Shown: in pieces, positions 10,320-20,206 of the stretch | How the letters are laid out: every line of letters begins with the position of its first letter | How positions within the stretch are numbered: position 1 is the stretch's first letter | Source: Gammaproteobacteria bacterium | GTDB lineage: Bacteria > Pseudomonadota > Gammaproteobacteria > S012-40 | Direction of reading: 5' to 3' | Assembly: GCA_029881255.1 (NCBI GenBank) | Contig: JAOUMY010000005.1 | Span: forward strand, 66,479-130,478 | DNA length: 64,000 bases | Program-made: the position numbers and the translations under genes | The notes under the pieces: model-generated | What the model was told of the DNA's origin: nothing | Database searches by the model: none | The model's input: only the letters and a program-made list of their open reading frames with translations

Positions 10320-11328
10320 CTACTCTTTCTCTACATCCTTCATCGTCGTCACCAGACGGTCAAAATCGCTTATGTATTCTTCATCCTGAATGACACGAAA
10401 TTTTTCAAACTCGGTTTCGGCCAAGGCTTTAGCTATACTGGATGTCACTTTACCCGCGTCATTGAGAAGCTCGTATTCGTTGAAGGCGAGAAAGCTGTCG
10501 AGTTTACTCACCCAATCTTGCATGTTCATCAAACGCTTCCGTAGCGCCCGACCTTCAGCAAAATCGAGATACATGGATACAATCCGATTTAGTTCCTTGA
10601 GCTCATCTTCTGAAAGATAGTTCTTAACCACTGTGACATCTGATTTTAAAATCTTCCCGCTTGGCGCCTGCTTCCATGAACTCAGCCCCATATTTGGTTT
10701 TCCGACATCGACGCGTTCGTGAATCAATCCCGCCGCCGTATGCCCTGTGACCGCCCAATGGAGTTTATTCTGCACTTGAGCAAAAAAACTGCTTGGTAAG
10801 CTCTGCATCACGATTATAGTCGGCGGAACACTGCGCATAGATATCCGTAATCTTCTGGTAAAACCGTCTCTCTGAGGCGCGAATCTCCCGAATACGCTCC
10901 AGCAACTCATCGAAGTAATCCTTGCCCCAGCTCTTCCCCTGCTTCAATCGCTCATCATCCAATACAAAGCCTTTCATGATGAACTCGCGCAATGTTTGAG
11001 TTGCCCAGATACGAAACTGCGTGGCCTGGTAGGAATTAACCCGGTACCCGACCGATACAATCGCGTCCAGATGATAGACATTGGTGTTGTAGGATTTGCC
11101 GTCGGCAGCAGTTATTCGAAAAATTCGAATAACTGAATCCTCATTCAACTCATTGATCTTAAATATTTCTTTTAAATGATAATTTATCGTCTGGACCTCA
11201 ACGCCAAACAATTCGGCCATCTGCTTCTGCGTTAACCAAAGATTCTCTTCCAGGAAATAGACGGCCAGACGAACCGCACCGTCGGGACCGGTATAAAAGA
11301 CGATTTGTGATTGAGGCTCGACATCCAC
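10320..11328 (-). pseudogene. rhuM: RhuM-family protein, frameshifted
   Basis: WLTQKQMAELF, SVGYRVNS, GFVLDDERLK, YFDELLERIREIRASERRFYQK, then AQVQNKLHWAVTG in another frame. The shift is an extra base in the A7 run at 10782-10788. Confidence 0.88.
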
Positions 11329-11373
11329 GGAATTGACCTTGATTTGAGTGAATGAAAGTGAAGGGCAATATTA

Positions 11374-11389
11374 CTGTATATATGCACAG
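11374..11389. promoter_or_regulatory. LexA/SOS box upstream of rhuM
   Basis: taCTGTATATATGCACAG, near consensus, about 45 bp upstream of the rhuM start. Confidence 0.75.
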
Positions 11390-11507
11390 CTTACAAGGCC
11401 TTGAACCCCACTACGGTCCGCAGTATGTTTTTTTGAACTGATCACCCACATACGCAAGAATTGCTCGTCATTCATAACGCGCTACATATGTCGAGCAGTG
11501 AAAAAAC

Positions 11508-11542
11508 CATTTTCGTGACGGCACGAAAATGGTCAAACGCGG
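11508..11542. repeat. 35-bp palindrome-containing direct repeat, copy 2
   Basis: Matches 9401-9435 with one mismatch, located in the loop. Confidence 0.85.
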
Positions 11543-11654
11543 ATGGGTTCTTTCGCCCCCTCGTCCCACTTGTTTATGCGAATAATGCTAATCCAATAAA
11601 TACAATAAAAACTTTTACTTGATTTTTCTCCACATAGAGACGATATTCTCTTCA

Positions 11655-11746
11655 GACGGGTAAATCCTAATACGTGCCTCGCACGTTCCCTTCCATCGGT
11701 TGGCAAGAGTGCTTGGAATATTGGCGTAGTAGGGGCCGTCTTTTTT
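11655..11746 (+). ncRNA. Candidate structured small RNA (long nested stem ending in a U-tract)
   Basis: Nested pairings GACGG/CCGTC, CCTAATACG/CGTAGTAGG and GCAC/GTGC, followed by T6, with a promoter-like TTGATT...GATATT upstream. Confidence 0.4.
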
Positions 11747-11831
11747 AACCATTATCCCGTAAATTCTTTTAGGTATTCCGTTTTAATTGCGAATATTTTC
11801 GTGTTAATTCGCATAATTTTTTGGCCCAAGC

Positions 11832-13025
11832 CTAAAACACATACTCACTAATATCTAGGTACTTGCTGATTCTAGGCAGAGTAAGTTTGTATTCGCCTGA
11901 TTCCACTTTTGCTAATGTAACATGCCAATACATCTTCCCCTCTGGCCTTTCCGTAGTATTTAAGTGCCCAATATTTTCCATAAATACTTTCATCGGTATA
12001 GCAAAAGCTTTGTCTAAATCCATTCCGCCCAGCACGAGAAACGAGTCCGAACTTGGTCCTAGGAATTCCTCCCAACGGGTATGAAACACAAACCAATACC
12101 GTTGATTTTCTCTTTCGTATGGTTTTGAGATCGTACAAACAACGCGTAGTTCTCTGTCCGCGCTCCAGTATGTCGCCCTCGTTTTCTTTATGAGAGCCTT
12201 ACCCTTTATCTCCCCAAATCGCCTTATAATATTGTCACGTTTTGCATCAAGTTCTTTTGCATCAGTAAATTCCCATGTTGACTTGCTAGTATTTGCACTC
12301 TTTTCTTGCGTTGCACGCTCGTTTGTCTCTACTTCCGCTGATTCTTCTACATCTTGCGCAGTCGTGTATATAACATCGACTAGGGCATCCAAACGTGTAT
12401 ATTCAAATGGCCGCAAAAGCTGTCTTACCTTTTTGCTCGTATCGTTTTCGGACAACATTTTTACTTTCAAAAGAGCTAAAAGTGACTCCACGCTAATTAT
12501 TCTAATATCCCAAGCATGACGAGATCCGCGAACTTGTGCCTCTAATTCGCCGGTATCATTTCGTCCTACGACAATGAGAATGGAAGACTCGCCGTCGATT
12601 TTACCTTGCTCACATAATTGGCGCCGATATCTGGCCAATGTGTCCAAGGTTATTCTATACGCGTCCGTCGTCTTAACCTCTACGACAAGACTAAATCCTT
12701 CTTCAGCTTTCCACAAACCATCAAATCCGACTTGGTTACTTCGTCCTTGGTACAACCCATACTCGACATCGAAATCAAGTCTTTTACCGAGAATATTGAC
12801 GAGATCTTGTAGCACGACTCCACTGTTATTAAACGACTTTTCTAAACACTGTTGAATATATTGTCCAATAAACTGCCTATCCATTGCCTCTAAGTATTCT
12901 CTAAGTTCCTTAGAACACACGGAGTTGTCTTTTAGATTCCCATCCCCTGCGAGCCCAACGAGTTGCTGTATCTGCTTTGACTCGATATCTTCCTTATTTG
13001 TTTTCCACAGACTCAGTAGCGACAT
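11832..13025 (-). CDS. PD-(D/E)XK restriction-endonuclease-like protein
   Basis: GFDGLW...VVEVKT motif; starts 9 bp after the hsdM stop. Confidence 0.7.
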   Translation of the reverse strand: MSLLSLWKTNKEDIESKQIQQLVGLAGDGNLKDNSVCSKELREYLEAMDRQFIGQYIQQCLEKSFNNSGVVLQDLVNILGKRLDFDVEYGLYQGRSNQVGFDGLWKAEEGFSLVVEVKTTDAYRITLDTLARYRRQLCEQGKIDGESSILIVVGRNDTGELEAQVRGSRHAWDIRIISVESLLALLKVKMLSENDTSKKVRQLLRPFEYTRLDALVDVIYTTAQDVEESAEVETNERATQEKSANTSKSTWEFTDAKELDAKRDNIIRRFGEIKGKALIKKTRATYWSADRELRVVCTISKPYERENQRYWFVFHTRWEEFLGPSSDSFLVLGGMDLDKAFAIPMKVFMENIGHLNTTERPEGKMYWHVTLAKVESGEYKLTLPRISKYLDISEYVF

Positions 13026-13034
13026 AATACGTTC

Positions 13035-14540
13035 CTAGTTCAATTCTCCATTCCCTGCCAACACCTCCTCCACACTTCTAAACTCCTCCAACGCCGCCTC
13101 TAACTGCTCCACTATCTCCTGCGCCAACACATGCGGTGGTGGAAGATTTTCGGTGTCTTCGAGTGATTCGTCTTTTAACCAAAAGATATCCAGATTGGTC
13201 TTATCCCGCGCAACTAACTCATCATAGGTAAATGAACGCCACCTACCTGTCATTCCGGCATTCTTTTGGCCGGAATCCGGTTTGTCACTCCATGTCGCTT
13301 TGCGCTTGCTTCGGTCTTCGGCTTTATAGCACTCGATAAACTCATCAAAATCACTCTTCACCAGGCGTTTTGTTTTCAGGGTCATGTGCACATTGGTGCG
13401 GTAGTCGTAGACCCAGAGTTTTTTGGTCCAGGCGGTTTTGGAGGCGGGTTTAGCGTCGAAGAAGATGACGTTGGCCTTGACGCCCTGGGCGTAGAAGATG
13501 CCGGTGGGCAGGCGCAGTAAGGTGTGGAGATCGGTGCGTTCGAGCAGGTTTTTGCGCACGGTTTCGCCGGCGCCGCCTTCGAAGAGGACGTTATCCGGCA
13601 CCACCACGGCGGCTTTGCCGTCGATCTTGAGCATGTTGGCGATGTGTTGCACGAAGTTGAGCTGTTTGTTGGAGGTGGTGGCCCAAAAGTCTTCGCGCTC
13701 ATAGACCAGCTTTTCCTGTTCTTTTTTACCGGTCTTTTCGTTGATGACGGTAATGGAGCTCTTTTTACCAAAGGGCGGATTGGCCAGGACCATATCGACT
13801 CGGTCATCCCCCACTTCTTTGGCCAGGGCATCATTGGCGCTAATCGGGCATTCATCGCCTCCGATACCGTGCAGGTATAAGTTCATGGCACATAAACGCA
13901 CCACGCTATCGACAATATCGTTACCGCGTAAGGCGTGTTCTTTGAGATGACGTTGTTCTTTTTTGGAGGTGGCTTGTGCCGCCATGTAATCGTGGGCGGC
14001 CAATAAAAAGCCGCCGGTACCACAGGCGGGATCGGCCACGGTGTCGGTGGGTTTGGGTTGCATCACCTCCACCATCGCCTGGATTAACGGGCGCGGGGTA
14101 AAGTATTGCCCGGCACCGCCTTTCACATCCTGCGCATTGCGTTCCAACAAGCCTTCATAGATGTCGCCCTTCACATCCGCCGGCAAGGTGGACCACTGCT
14201 CCTTGTCGATCATCTTTATCAGGCGTTCCAGCTTGGCGGGGTCCTGGATTTTGTTTTGCGCCTTGCGGAAGATCGTGCCTAACATGCCGCCTTGTTTACC
14301 CAGGTTTTCCAGGGTATGGCGGTATTGCAGTTCTAAATCATCACCATCGAGCTTCACCAAATGGCCCCAGTTGAATTTAGTCGGCACCTGTACTTGCTGA
14401 CCAGCGGTTTCACGCTCATCGGCCATTTTTAGGAAGATTAAATAGGTAATCTGTTCGACATAATCCCCATAACCCACACCATCGTCACGTAAAACGTGGG
14501 CATAGTTCCAGACTTTGTTTACTATTTCTGATGCGCTCAT
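13035..14540 (-). CDS. hsdM: Type I RM N6-adenine methyltransferase
   Basis: GQYFTPR, DPACGTGGF and NPPF motifs. Confidence 0.96.
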   Translation of the reverse strand: MSASEIVNKVWNYAHVLRDDGVGYGDYVEQITYLIFLKMADERETAGQQVQVPTKFNWGHLVKLDGDDLELQYRHTLENLGKQGGMLGTIFRKAQNKIQDPAKLERLIKMIDKEQWSTLPADVKGDIYEGLLERNAQDVKGGAGQYFTPRPLIQAMVEVMQPKPTDTVADPACGTGGFLLAAHDYMAAQATSKKEQRHLKEHALRGNDIVDSVVRLCAMNLYLHGIGGDECPISANDALAKEVGDDRVDMVLANPPFGKKSSITVINEKTGKKEQEKLVYEREDFWATTSNKQLNFVQHIANMLKIDGKAAVVVPDNVLFEGGAGETVRKNLLERTDLHTLLRLPTGIFYAQGVKANVIFFDAKPASKTAWTKKLWVYDYRTNVHMTLKTKRLVKSDFDEFIECYKAEDRSKRKATWSDKPDSGQKNAGMTGRWRSFTYDELVARDKTNLDIFWLKDESLEDTENLPPPHVLAQEIVEQLEAALEEFRSVEEVLAGNGELN

Positions 14541-14563
14541 TCTTTTACCATAAAATTAAGTTT

Positions 14564-17500
14564 TTACTTTTTATCAAAAGGGATTTCCTTGACTAATAGC
14601 GAGACACCAATTTGCCTGGCTTGGCTATTCAACCCATCAAGCAAATGAACCAACTGCGACGTTTCAGCAGTTCTTTTTGAATCGTCTTTGATAGCTTTAG
14701 TTAATTCCGCTTTATTGACACATCCAGCAGTAGCTAGCACTACATATAGATTACGTTCAGGTTGATCAATTATATCTCTCTTAATTTTTTTCCATAACGC
14801 AGAGGCTGTCGGCTGGCCAGCAGGATGCTTAAAAAGCCGAGGAATTTGAGTTGAATTCCATTTTTTTCCTCTAGCCCAACTTTCTACTCCCTTTGGGGAC
14901 TCTATATTCGGCGACATATAAACAATGTTTTTAGATGCTTGTGAAACTATGTCATGCAACGCTGATGCAGATATTTTTGAATTACCTTTATTTGCTTTTG
15001 CATGAACAAAGGCTAATGACTTACTTTTAAAATCGACACACACAAAGTCTGCCGCTTCACTTCCAAGGTCATCGCAGATGATAGTTGATGGTGCAAACGG
15101 TAAGCCTATTTTATTTTGGGATATTACTGAAAATAAACTCCCTTTTGGAAACTGTTTAGTATTATTAGCTTTTAGCTTCTTGATTTCTTCTTCAGTACCT
15201 TTCTCATTCTTACAAGCTGGTGCGTCATTAGGTATTTCTATTAATTGAAGCAAATATTTCTCAAAGTAAGAGTAATCAATCTGGTAAAAATTTCTACCCG
15301 AATAAATGCTAGAACCATCTTTCATGCAGACGGTAATCACATCCTGGTTTCGATTAAAATAATCTGAAAATGCAGTAGGCTTTATACCTGTCGAGTCACT
15401 AATTGTTATGCTGGATGAAGAGTCTTCTTTAGTAATCCAGAATTTACGTTTCTCTGGTTTATATTTTAAATGAAAATCAATATCTGTTTTCTTATCTTCT
15501 ACTGATTCGACTGGCAAAAAACTAAGCTTGAAGAGAAAGGTGTCTGAGCCACCATTTTTAGGTGAAACTTCAACAGAAGCTTTTTGGCATAAATATTGTT
15601 CATCTCCTCCGCCTATATAGAAAACGACATCTGATCTAAACATATCAAATGATATTGATCCTGGGTCAATCTTATCAGGGGGGTCGCAGGCCGGCATATA
15701 CCTTGATAGGAAAGCGGAAGGAGCCGTTGAAGAGTCCAGTGCCTTTGCAGTTGACTTTGCCCAAGAAATAAAACTTTTATAGTCATGATCACGCAAGGTT
15801 ACTGTGTCAGCTTCTTTTCTTACTCGTCCATTTCCGATATTCAAATAACGACGCTCTTTATTTGAATAGCCTCTAGTAGTTCTACAGATATGGATTCGAT
15901 CTGTTATCGATGGAGAAATCAAGGATAGATTTGACCCTCGTATATCCACTCCTCTCACTGAGGAATCAAAAGGGATAGTATTTTGAGTGCTAGCGTTTGT
16001 GGGTGTAAAGCTCTCATCAAAATACTTTGACAAAGTGCCAGCACCTACTGGCAATGTGTGTTCATCAATATATTCCATCGGTAGATTACCGGCTGAATCT
16101 GCAATAAACACATAGTTTTTTGTAACGACCACACAATGTGTCTCAAGCCTAATTTCGTAAAGTGATCTACGGTATGCTCTGCTTGAATTAGCAATGCTGG
16201 CATAAACCCACAAAGCAGAATCTTTACGTTTCTGACATGGTTCATTGAGATTCGGCCCTAAAATAGTCGCATCTTCAAGATTCAAAGTGTCGGTGCAATT
16301 TTCAATGTAATCAGAGAGATCGAATGATTTAACTTTCTTACGAACTATTGCTGTTGGTGGAACAATAACTTGTGCATCACTATCTAAAGTTGAAGGATCA
16401 AATTTCTTTAGGAATCTCCCACTAAAATATTCTATTTCAGGCTGCAATGAGAGAAGCTTCTCTACAGCTTCTTTGTAATGCTGAGCACTTCTTAATTCTT
16501 GATCTCTCTCAAAATTTCGATAAGATTCCCACTCTACTTGAGGGCTTATTTCTTTTGGTGAAAGGATAAGCGAACAAGCATCTTTCGAGTCATCCCCACT
16601 TTTTCGAAGTATTCTGCCAATCTGTTGGATTAATTTTCTATCATTAGAAAATGAAGTGAATAATGCAGTTACACAAAAACGATTATCATCGAAACCTTCT
16701 GTTAATTTGTTTTGATGAACCCAAATGGCTGCGTCTTCCTCTTGCGGATCTGGCACGCTGCTATATAGATATTCTTCTTTCCTGCCTTGAAATCTATCAT
16801 GGATGCCTATTGCATTTATCGAGTTCTTATTACTTCGCAGGGTTGTCACCACATCCTCAATATCTGAAACATCTTTGCAACAAATAATTGCTCTCGGATT
16901 TGAACTAGGAAGACTTTTGCTTTTTAATAGCGATATCCATCTCCCTAAGAAGATTTCTGTTTGAGTTTGTAGCCTATCCGTATTTACACAGCTCAACTTC
17001 TCAAATTTAACATCCCTAATAATATTATTAGAAACAGCATCTTCGTGAGTAAAATGAAAGCATTGTGATTTTGGATCTGTTATTCGAAATAACTTCAAGT
17101 CATTTCGATACGGAGTAGCTGTTAGAAGTATTGTTTTTGTATTTAATTCTTTCACTGAGCGACCCCAGCCAACAGCAGGCTCGTAGTGGCACTCATCTAC
17201 AATTACGAAAGAAATAGTCTTCGCTAAAAGTTCATAAGCCTCAGAATATTCTTTTCTTAGGGTGCTTAAAGTAGCGAATGTGGTAACAAAGATTGCATTA
17301 GGGTTTGATTGTAACGTCGCTTCTGCTACAGAAGGCTTTAATTCTCGCACTCTTCTTGTTGGATTCTGTATTCCGCACTTATCCCAAAATCTCTCTTTAA
17401 TATCCGCAATCAACTGATTTCTTAAATATGCCCAAGGGGTTATGACGAGAGAAGAACCTGAACACGACAACGCTGTCAACGAGGCTATAACACCTGTTTT

Positions 17501-17638
17501 TCCAGTACCCGTCGGCATGCGGACCAAGCAAGTATCAGAGTTTGAATTTAGATGATCAACAGAAAACTTAACAGCATCCTTTTGGTGCGTCCAAAGTTTT
17601 GCTGCATTACTACGCGAGATATGAGCAAACGACTTCAT
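14564..17638 (-). CDS. SF2 (DExH) helicase with C-terminal nuclease-like domain
   Basis: MPTGTGKT, VDECH, TATP and QQIGRILR motifs; C-terminal CDDLGSEAADF...FVHAK resembles a PD-(D/E)XK variant. Confidence 0.8.
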   Translation of the reverse strand: MKSFAHISRSNAAKLWTHQKDAVKFSVDHLNSNSDTCLVRMPTGTGKTGVIASLTALSCSGSSLVITPWAYLRNQLIADIKERFWDKCGIQNPTRRVRELKPSVAEATLQSNPNAIFVTTFATLSTLRKEYSEAYELLAKTISFVIVDECHYEPAVGWGRSVKELNTKTILLTATPYRNDLKLFRITDPKSQCFHFTHEDAVSNNIIRDVKFEKLSCVNTDRLQTQTEIFLGRWISLLKSKSLPSSNPRAIICCKDVSDIEDVVTTLRSNKNSINAIGIHDRFQGRKEEYLYSSVPDPQEEDAAIWVHQNKLTEGFDDNRFCVTALFTSFSNDRKLIQQIGRILRKSGDDSKDACSLILSPKEISPQVEWESYRNFERDQELRSAQHYKEAVEKLLSLQPEIEYFSGRFLKKFDPSTLDSDAQVIVPPTAIVRKKVKSFDLSDYIENCTDTLNLEDATILGPNLNEPCQKRKDSALWVYASIANSSRAYRRSLYEIRLETHCVVVTKNYVFIADSAGNLPMEYIDEHTLPVGAGTLSKYFDESFTPTNASTQNTIPFDSSVRGVDIRGSNLSLISPSITDRIHICRTTRGYSNKERRYLNIGNGRVRKEADTVTLRDHDYKSFISWAKSTAKALDSSTAPSAFLSRYMPACDPPDKIDPGSISFDMFRSDVVFYIGGGDEQYLCQKASVEVSPKNGGSDTFLFKLSFLPVESVEDKKTDIDFHLKYKPEKRKFWITKEDSSSSITISDSTGIKPTAFSDYFNRNQDVITVCMKDGSSIYSGRNFYQIDYSYFEKYLLQLIEIPNDAPACKNEKGTEEEIKKLKANNTKQFPKGSLFSVISQNKIGLPFAPSTIICDDLGSEAADFVCVDFKSKSLAFVHAKANKGNSKISASALHDIVSQASKNIVYMSPNIESPKGVESWARGKKWNSTQIPRLFKHPAGQPTASALWKKIKRDIIDQPERNLYVVLATAGCVNKAELTKAIKDDSKRTAETSQLVHLLDGLNSQARQIGVSLLVKEIPFDKK

Positions 17639-17832
17639 ATAATTTGTACGCCATCACCCCAGGCTAATTTATTTGGTATCTGCATATACTGTCCGGCTTT
17701 TTCTCGCTCATCGGCCATTTTGAGGAAGATAAGATATGTTATTTGTTCAACATAGTCCCCGTGACCCACACCATAATTACGTAAGACGTGGGCGGAGTTC
17801 CAGACTTTATTGTCTATTTCTGGTGCGCTCAT
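17635..17832 (-). pseudogene. Duplicated 5' fragment of hsdM
   Basis: 46 of the first 59 aa are identical to HsdM (14364-14540). Its stop overlaps the helicase ATG (ATGA). Confidence 0.92.
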
Positions 17833-17854
17833 TTTTTAATAGTCTTTATATTGT

Positions 17855-20206
17855 TTAATCGGCCACTCTTTCAGTGGCTGTTACTGTGTTATCAATATGG
17901 ATAATCTCACACCTAACCTCTAGCCGTTTTTTGTCACTGCCAGTTGGTATAAGATGTTTTTGAATTGGCATCGGTATGGGAATAAATATCCTATTTTTAA
18001 GTGCAATGGTCGTCGTAGGATAAACTTCACCACCAGATGCCTCTGTAATAATCTCAGGCAACTGAATATCGTAATACAAGCCAAATCGACCAGAATGATG
18101 TTGAAATATCAACAAAATCCTCTGCCCACCCCATATAACTGATGTAGTATGAGGTTGAAGGAAAAATTCACCGTTTTGTTCTCTAATACGATCAGTTATG
18201 GCTAAGAAACACTGGAAACCATTTAAAGCTTGTTCACTATTTTCAATAGTAAGTAGTTTCGCATCTGTCTCAATATCTGTCCTTGATATTGCGGGCATTG
18301 GGACACCCGGCTCTGCACCGGTTCCTATTAATTGTTTCTCTGCCTCACTAACAATGTCTGGCACTACTTCTTGAGCAGACTTTGCTGACCCACTGTCAAC
18401 CACTTGTACATTTCGTCTAGCGACGACCTGAGATCTTCTTGCGCCTTCATCAACCGATATTTGGCCTGCAAGTACTAAATCCCATATTTCACTTAAACTA
18501 CCTAAGTCAGTCTTTTCATATTCATACACTTCGCGTTTGCTTCTCATTCTTTTCAGAAAGGCTTCTGCCCCTTCGCGTGTGGCACTAGGGACAAAGTTTG
18601 CTATTTTCGGAAATATTATCGATCTAACAAAATCCTTAACCATGCCGGCAAATACTTCAAATTCATTCTGATATACTTCGAGCAAAATAGAAGCCGATGA
18701 ACCATTAGGATTTATATAAATCGTTGGCACATTTCCTGCTAACTCTATGTACACTGGCAGTTGGTGAGAAAGGGAAGCTAATTCTATTCGTGCTTTAACA
18801 AAATAATCCGCCTCAAGTATCGAGGTAAGCCTAAACACAAGACCGGATTCCGCCAATGAATAATCCGACTGTTTCTTTAGGCTAATTACTTTTGGTGAAT
18901 CGTCTATTCGTTGAATATTTGTACAATATGCATTTATATAGTTGCTTTGACATCTTTTCCTTGGGTTACTTGTTGCAGCCACAAGTAATTTTTTATCCTC
19001 GCTCGCATACTGTTCTATTATTGAGGCATCTTGGCCTTCATAATAATTAAACAATGTTGGACTAATAGAATCTCTGATCTCTTCCAAGCTGATATTTCTC
19101 GAACCCGGCTCATTTCTGATGGTAATTTTCCCACATAAATCATACTTTCCGTGATTTACTACCCATTGCATAAATGCATTGCTCATGTCGGCTTGCGGCT
19201 GCTTTGATAGATGATGAGACACAAAGCTTTCTACATCAGTAAATATGTTTTGTAATATCTGTAAACTTTCTGTTTCTAATGCCTCACGACCTGCTGTTGG
19301 CCGCAAAAACAAAAAATCAGCAATACCACCTAGCCGATATACTGAACTTAATGATGTGGGCGCCAAACTGAACCCTGAGCGGTATGTTTTAACAGCTCCA
19401 ATGCCTTGACGAAGAATCATCTTGCCCGGTAGCGCCTGTGAATTATATTTGACGTTAGTTAGTTCAATACGAACTTCGCCAGTATTATCCCCAGCCAACA
19501 ACACATCCGACCTAGTTCTCTGGCTAATCTCCATATCTGATTGTTCTATTTTCCATGCTACATTTATAGGTGGTACGCTTTGCTCAAATCCTTGCTGGCT
19601 GATAAGTTCCCCATTTACGTAAACAGGTATCTGCACATGTGTTACACACTCTTTTATATAATTCGTGGCACTATTTAGATCGATTGGCTTGTTTTCGTAC
19701 AATATGGCAGTAACAGTGGTACCTGATGTGCCTTGCGCAGCCTCTTTCTTTACATCAATACAATTTTCTGTCGCAGACAATGACTCGCGTTCAGCACTCG
19801 ATATAATCCGTTCGCTTCCCAATAACTTCTCTGTTTCCACTATTAGTTTTTTTGCTACACCAAAGTTTGCCATTGCGCCAATACCAAAGGTACCTACTAC
19901 ACCGGCTGCCTTTGCGTGTTCATTATTTTTAGAGCTAGATCCAGCACGCCAAAAATGCTGTTTGACATCTTCAATTGTCATTCCAATTCCATTATCAGTA
20001 ATAACAACCTGGTTCTGCTTTATCGCTACATCGATGCGTGGAGAAAAAGTTGGATCATCAGCTTTTCTAAGCAATATTGCATCAAATGCATTTTGCGTAT
20101 TCTCTCTAAGTAACGCCAAAGGTGACTGATAGATTTGTGCTGCCAACACCTCAATTATTCTATCGATGTCGACCGCTAATGGTATTTTATCTATGTTGTC
20201 TGTCAT
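17855..20206 (-). CDS. HSP90-like GHKL ATPase with uncharacterised C-terminal region
   Basis: LLRENTQNAFDA, DNGIGMT, GTFGIG and GTTVT Bergerat motifs; 783 aa. Confidence 0.85.
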   Translation of the reverse strand: MTDNIDKIPLAVDIDRIIEVLAAQIYQSPLALLRENTQNAFDAILLRKADDPTFSPRIDVAIKQNQVVITDNGIGMTIEDVKQHFWRAGSSSKNNEHAKAAGVVGTFGIGAMANFGVAKKLIVETEKLLGSERIISSAERESLSATENCIDVKKEAAQGTSGTTVTAILYENKPIDLNSATNYIKECVTHVQIPVYVNGELISQQGFEQSVPPINVAWKIEQSDMEISQRTRSDVLLAGDNTGEVRIELTNVKYNSQALPGKMILRQGIGAVKTYRSGFSLAPTSLSSVYRLGGIADFLFLRPTAGREALETESLQILQNIFTDVESFVSHHLSKQPQADMSNAFMQWVVNHGKYDLCGKITIRNEPGSRNISLEEIRDSISPTLFNYYEGQDASIIEQYASEDKKLLVAATSNPRKRCQSNYINAYCTNIQRIDDSPKVISLKKQSDYSLAESGLVFRLTSILEADYFVKARIELASLSHQLPVYIELAGNVPTIYINPNGSSASILLEVYQNEFEVFAGMVKDFVRSIIFPKIANFVPSATREGAEAFLKRMRSKREVYEYEKTDLGSLSEIWDLVLAGQISVDEGARRSQVVARRNVQVVDSGSAKSAQEVVPDIVSEAEKQLIGTGAEPGVPMPAISRTDIETDAKLLTIENSEQALNGFQCFLAITDRIREQNGEFFLQPHTTSVIWGGQRILLIFQHHSGRFGLYYDIQLPEIITEASGGEVYPTTTIALKNRIFIPIPMPIQKHLIPTGSDKKRLEVRCEIIHIDNTVTATERVAD

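Noticed and set aside
11109..11135. Perfect 12-bp inverted repeat inside rhuM
   Set aside because: Falls in the conserved SVIRxFRxT coding segment of the family; no evidence that it is a separate element here.
17855..20206. Calling the GHKL ATPase housekeeping HtpG
   Set aside because: Only the N-terminal ATPase motifs match. Length, C-terminal sequence, AT-richness and RM-operon context differ from htpG.
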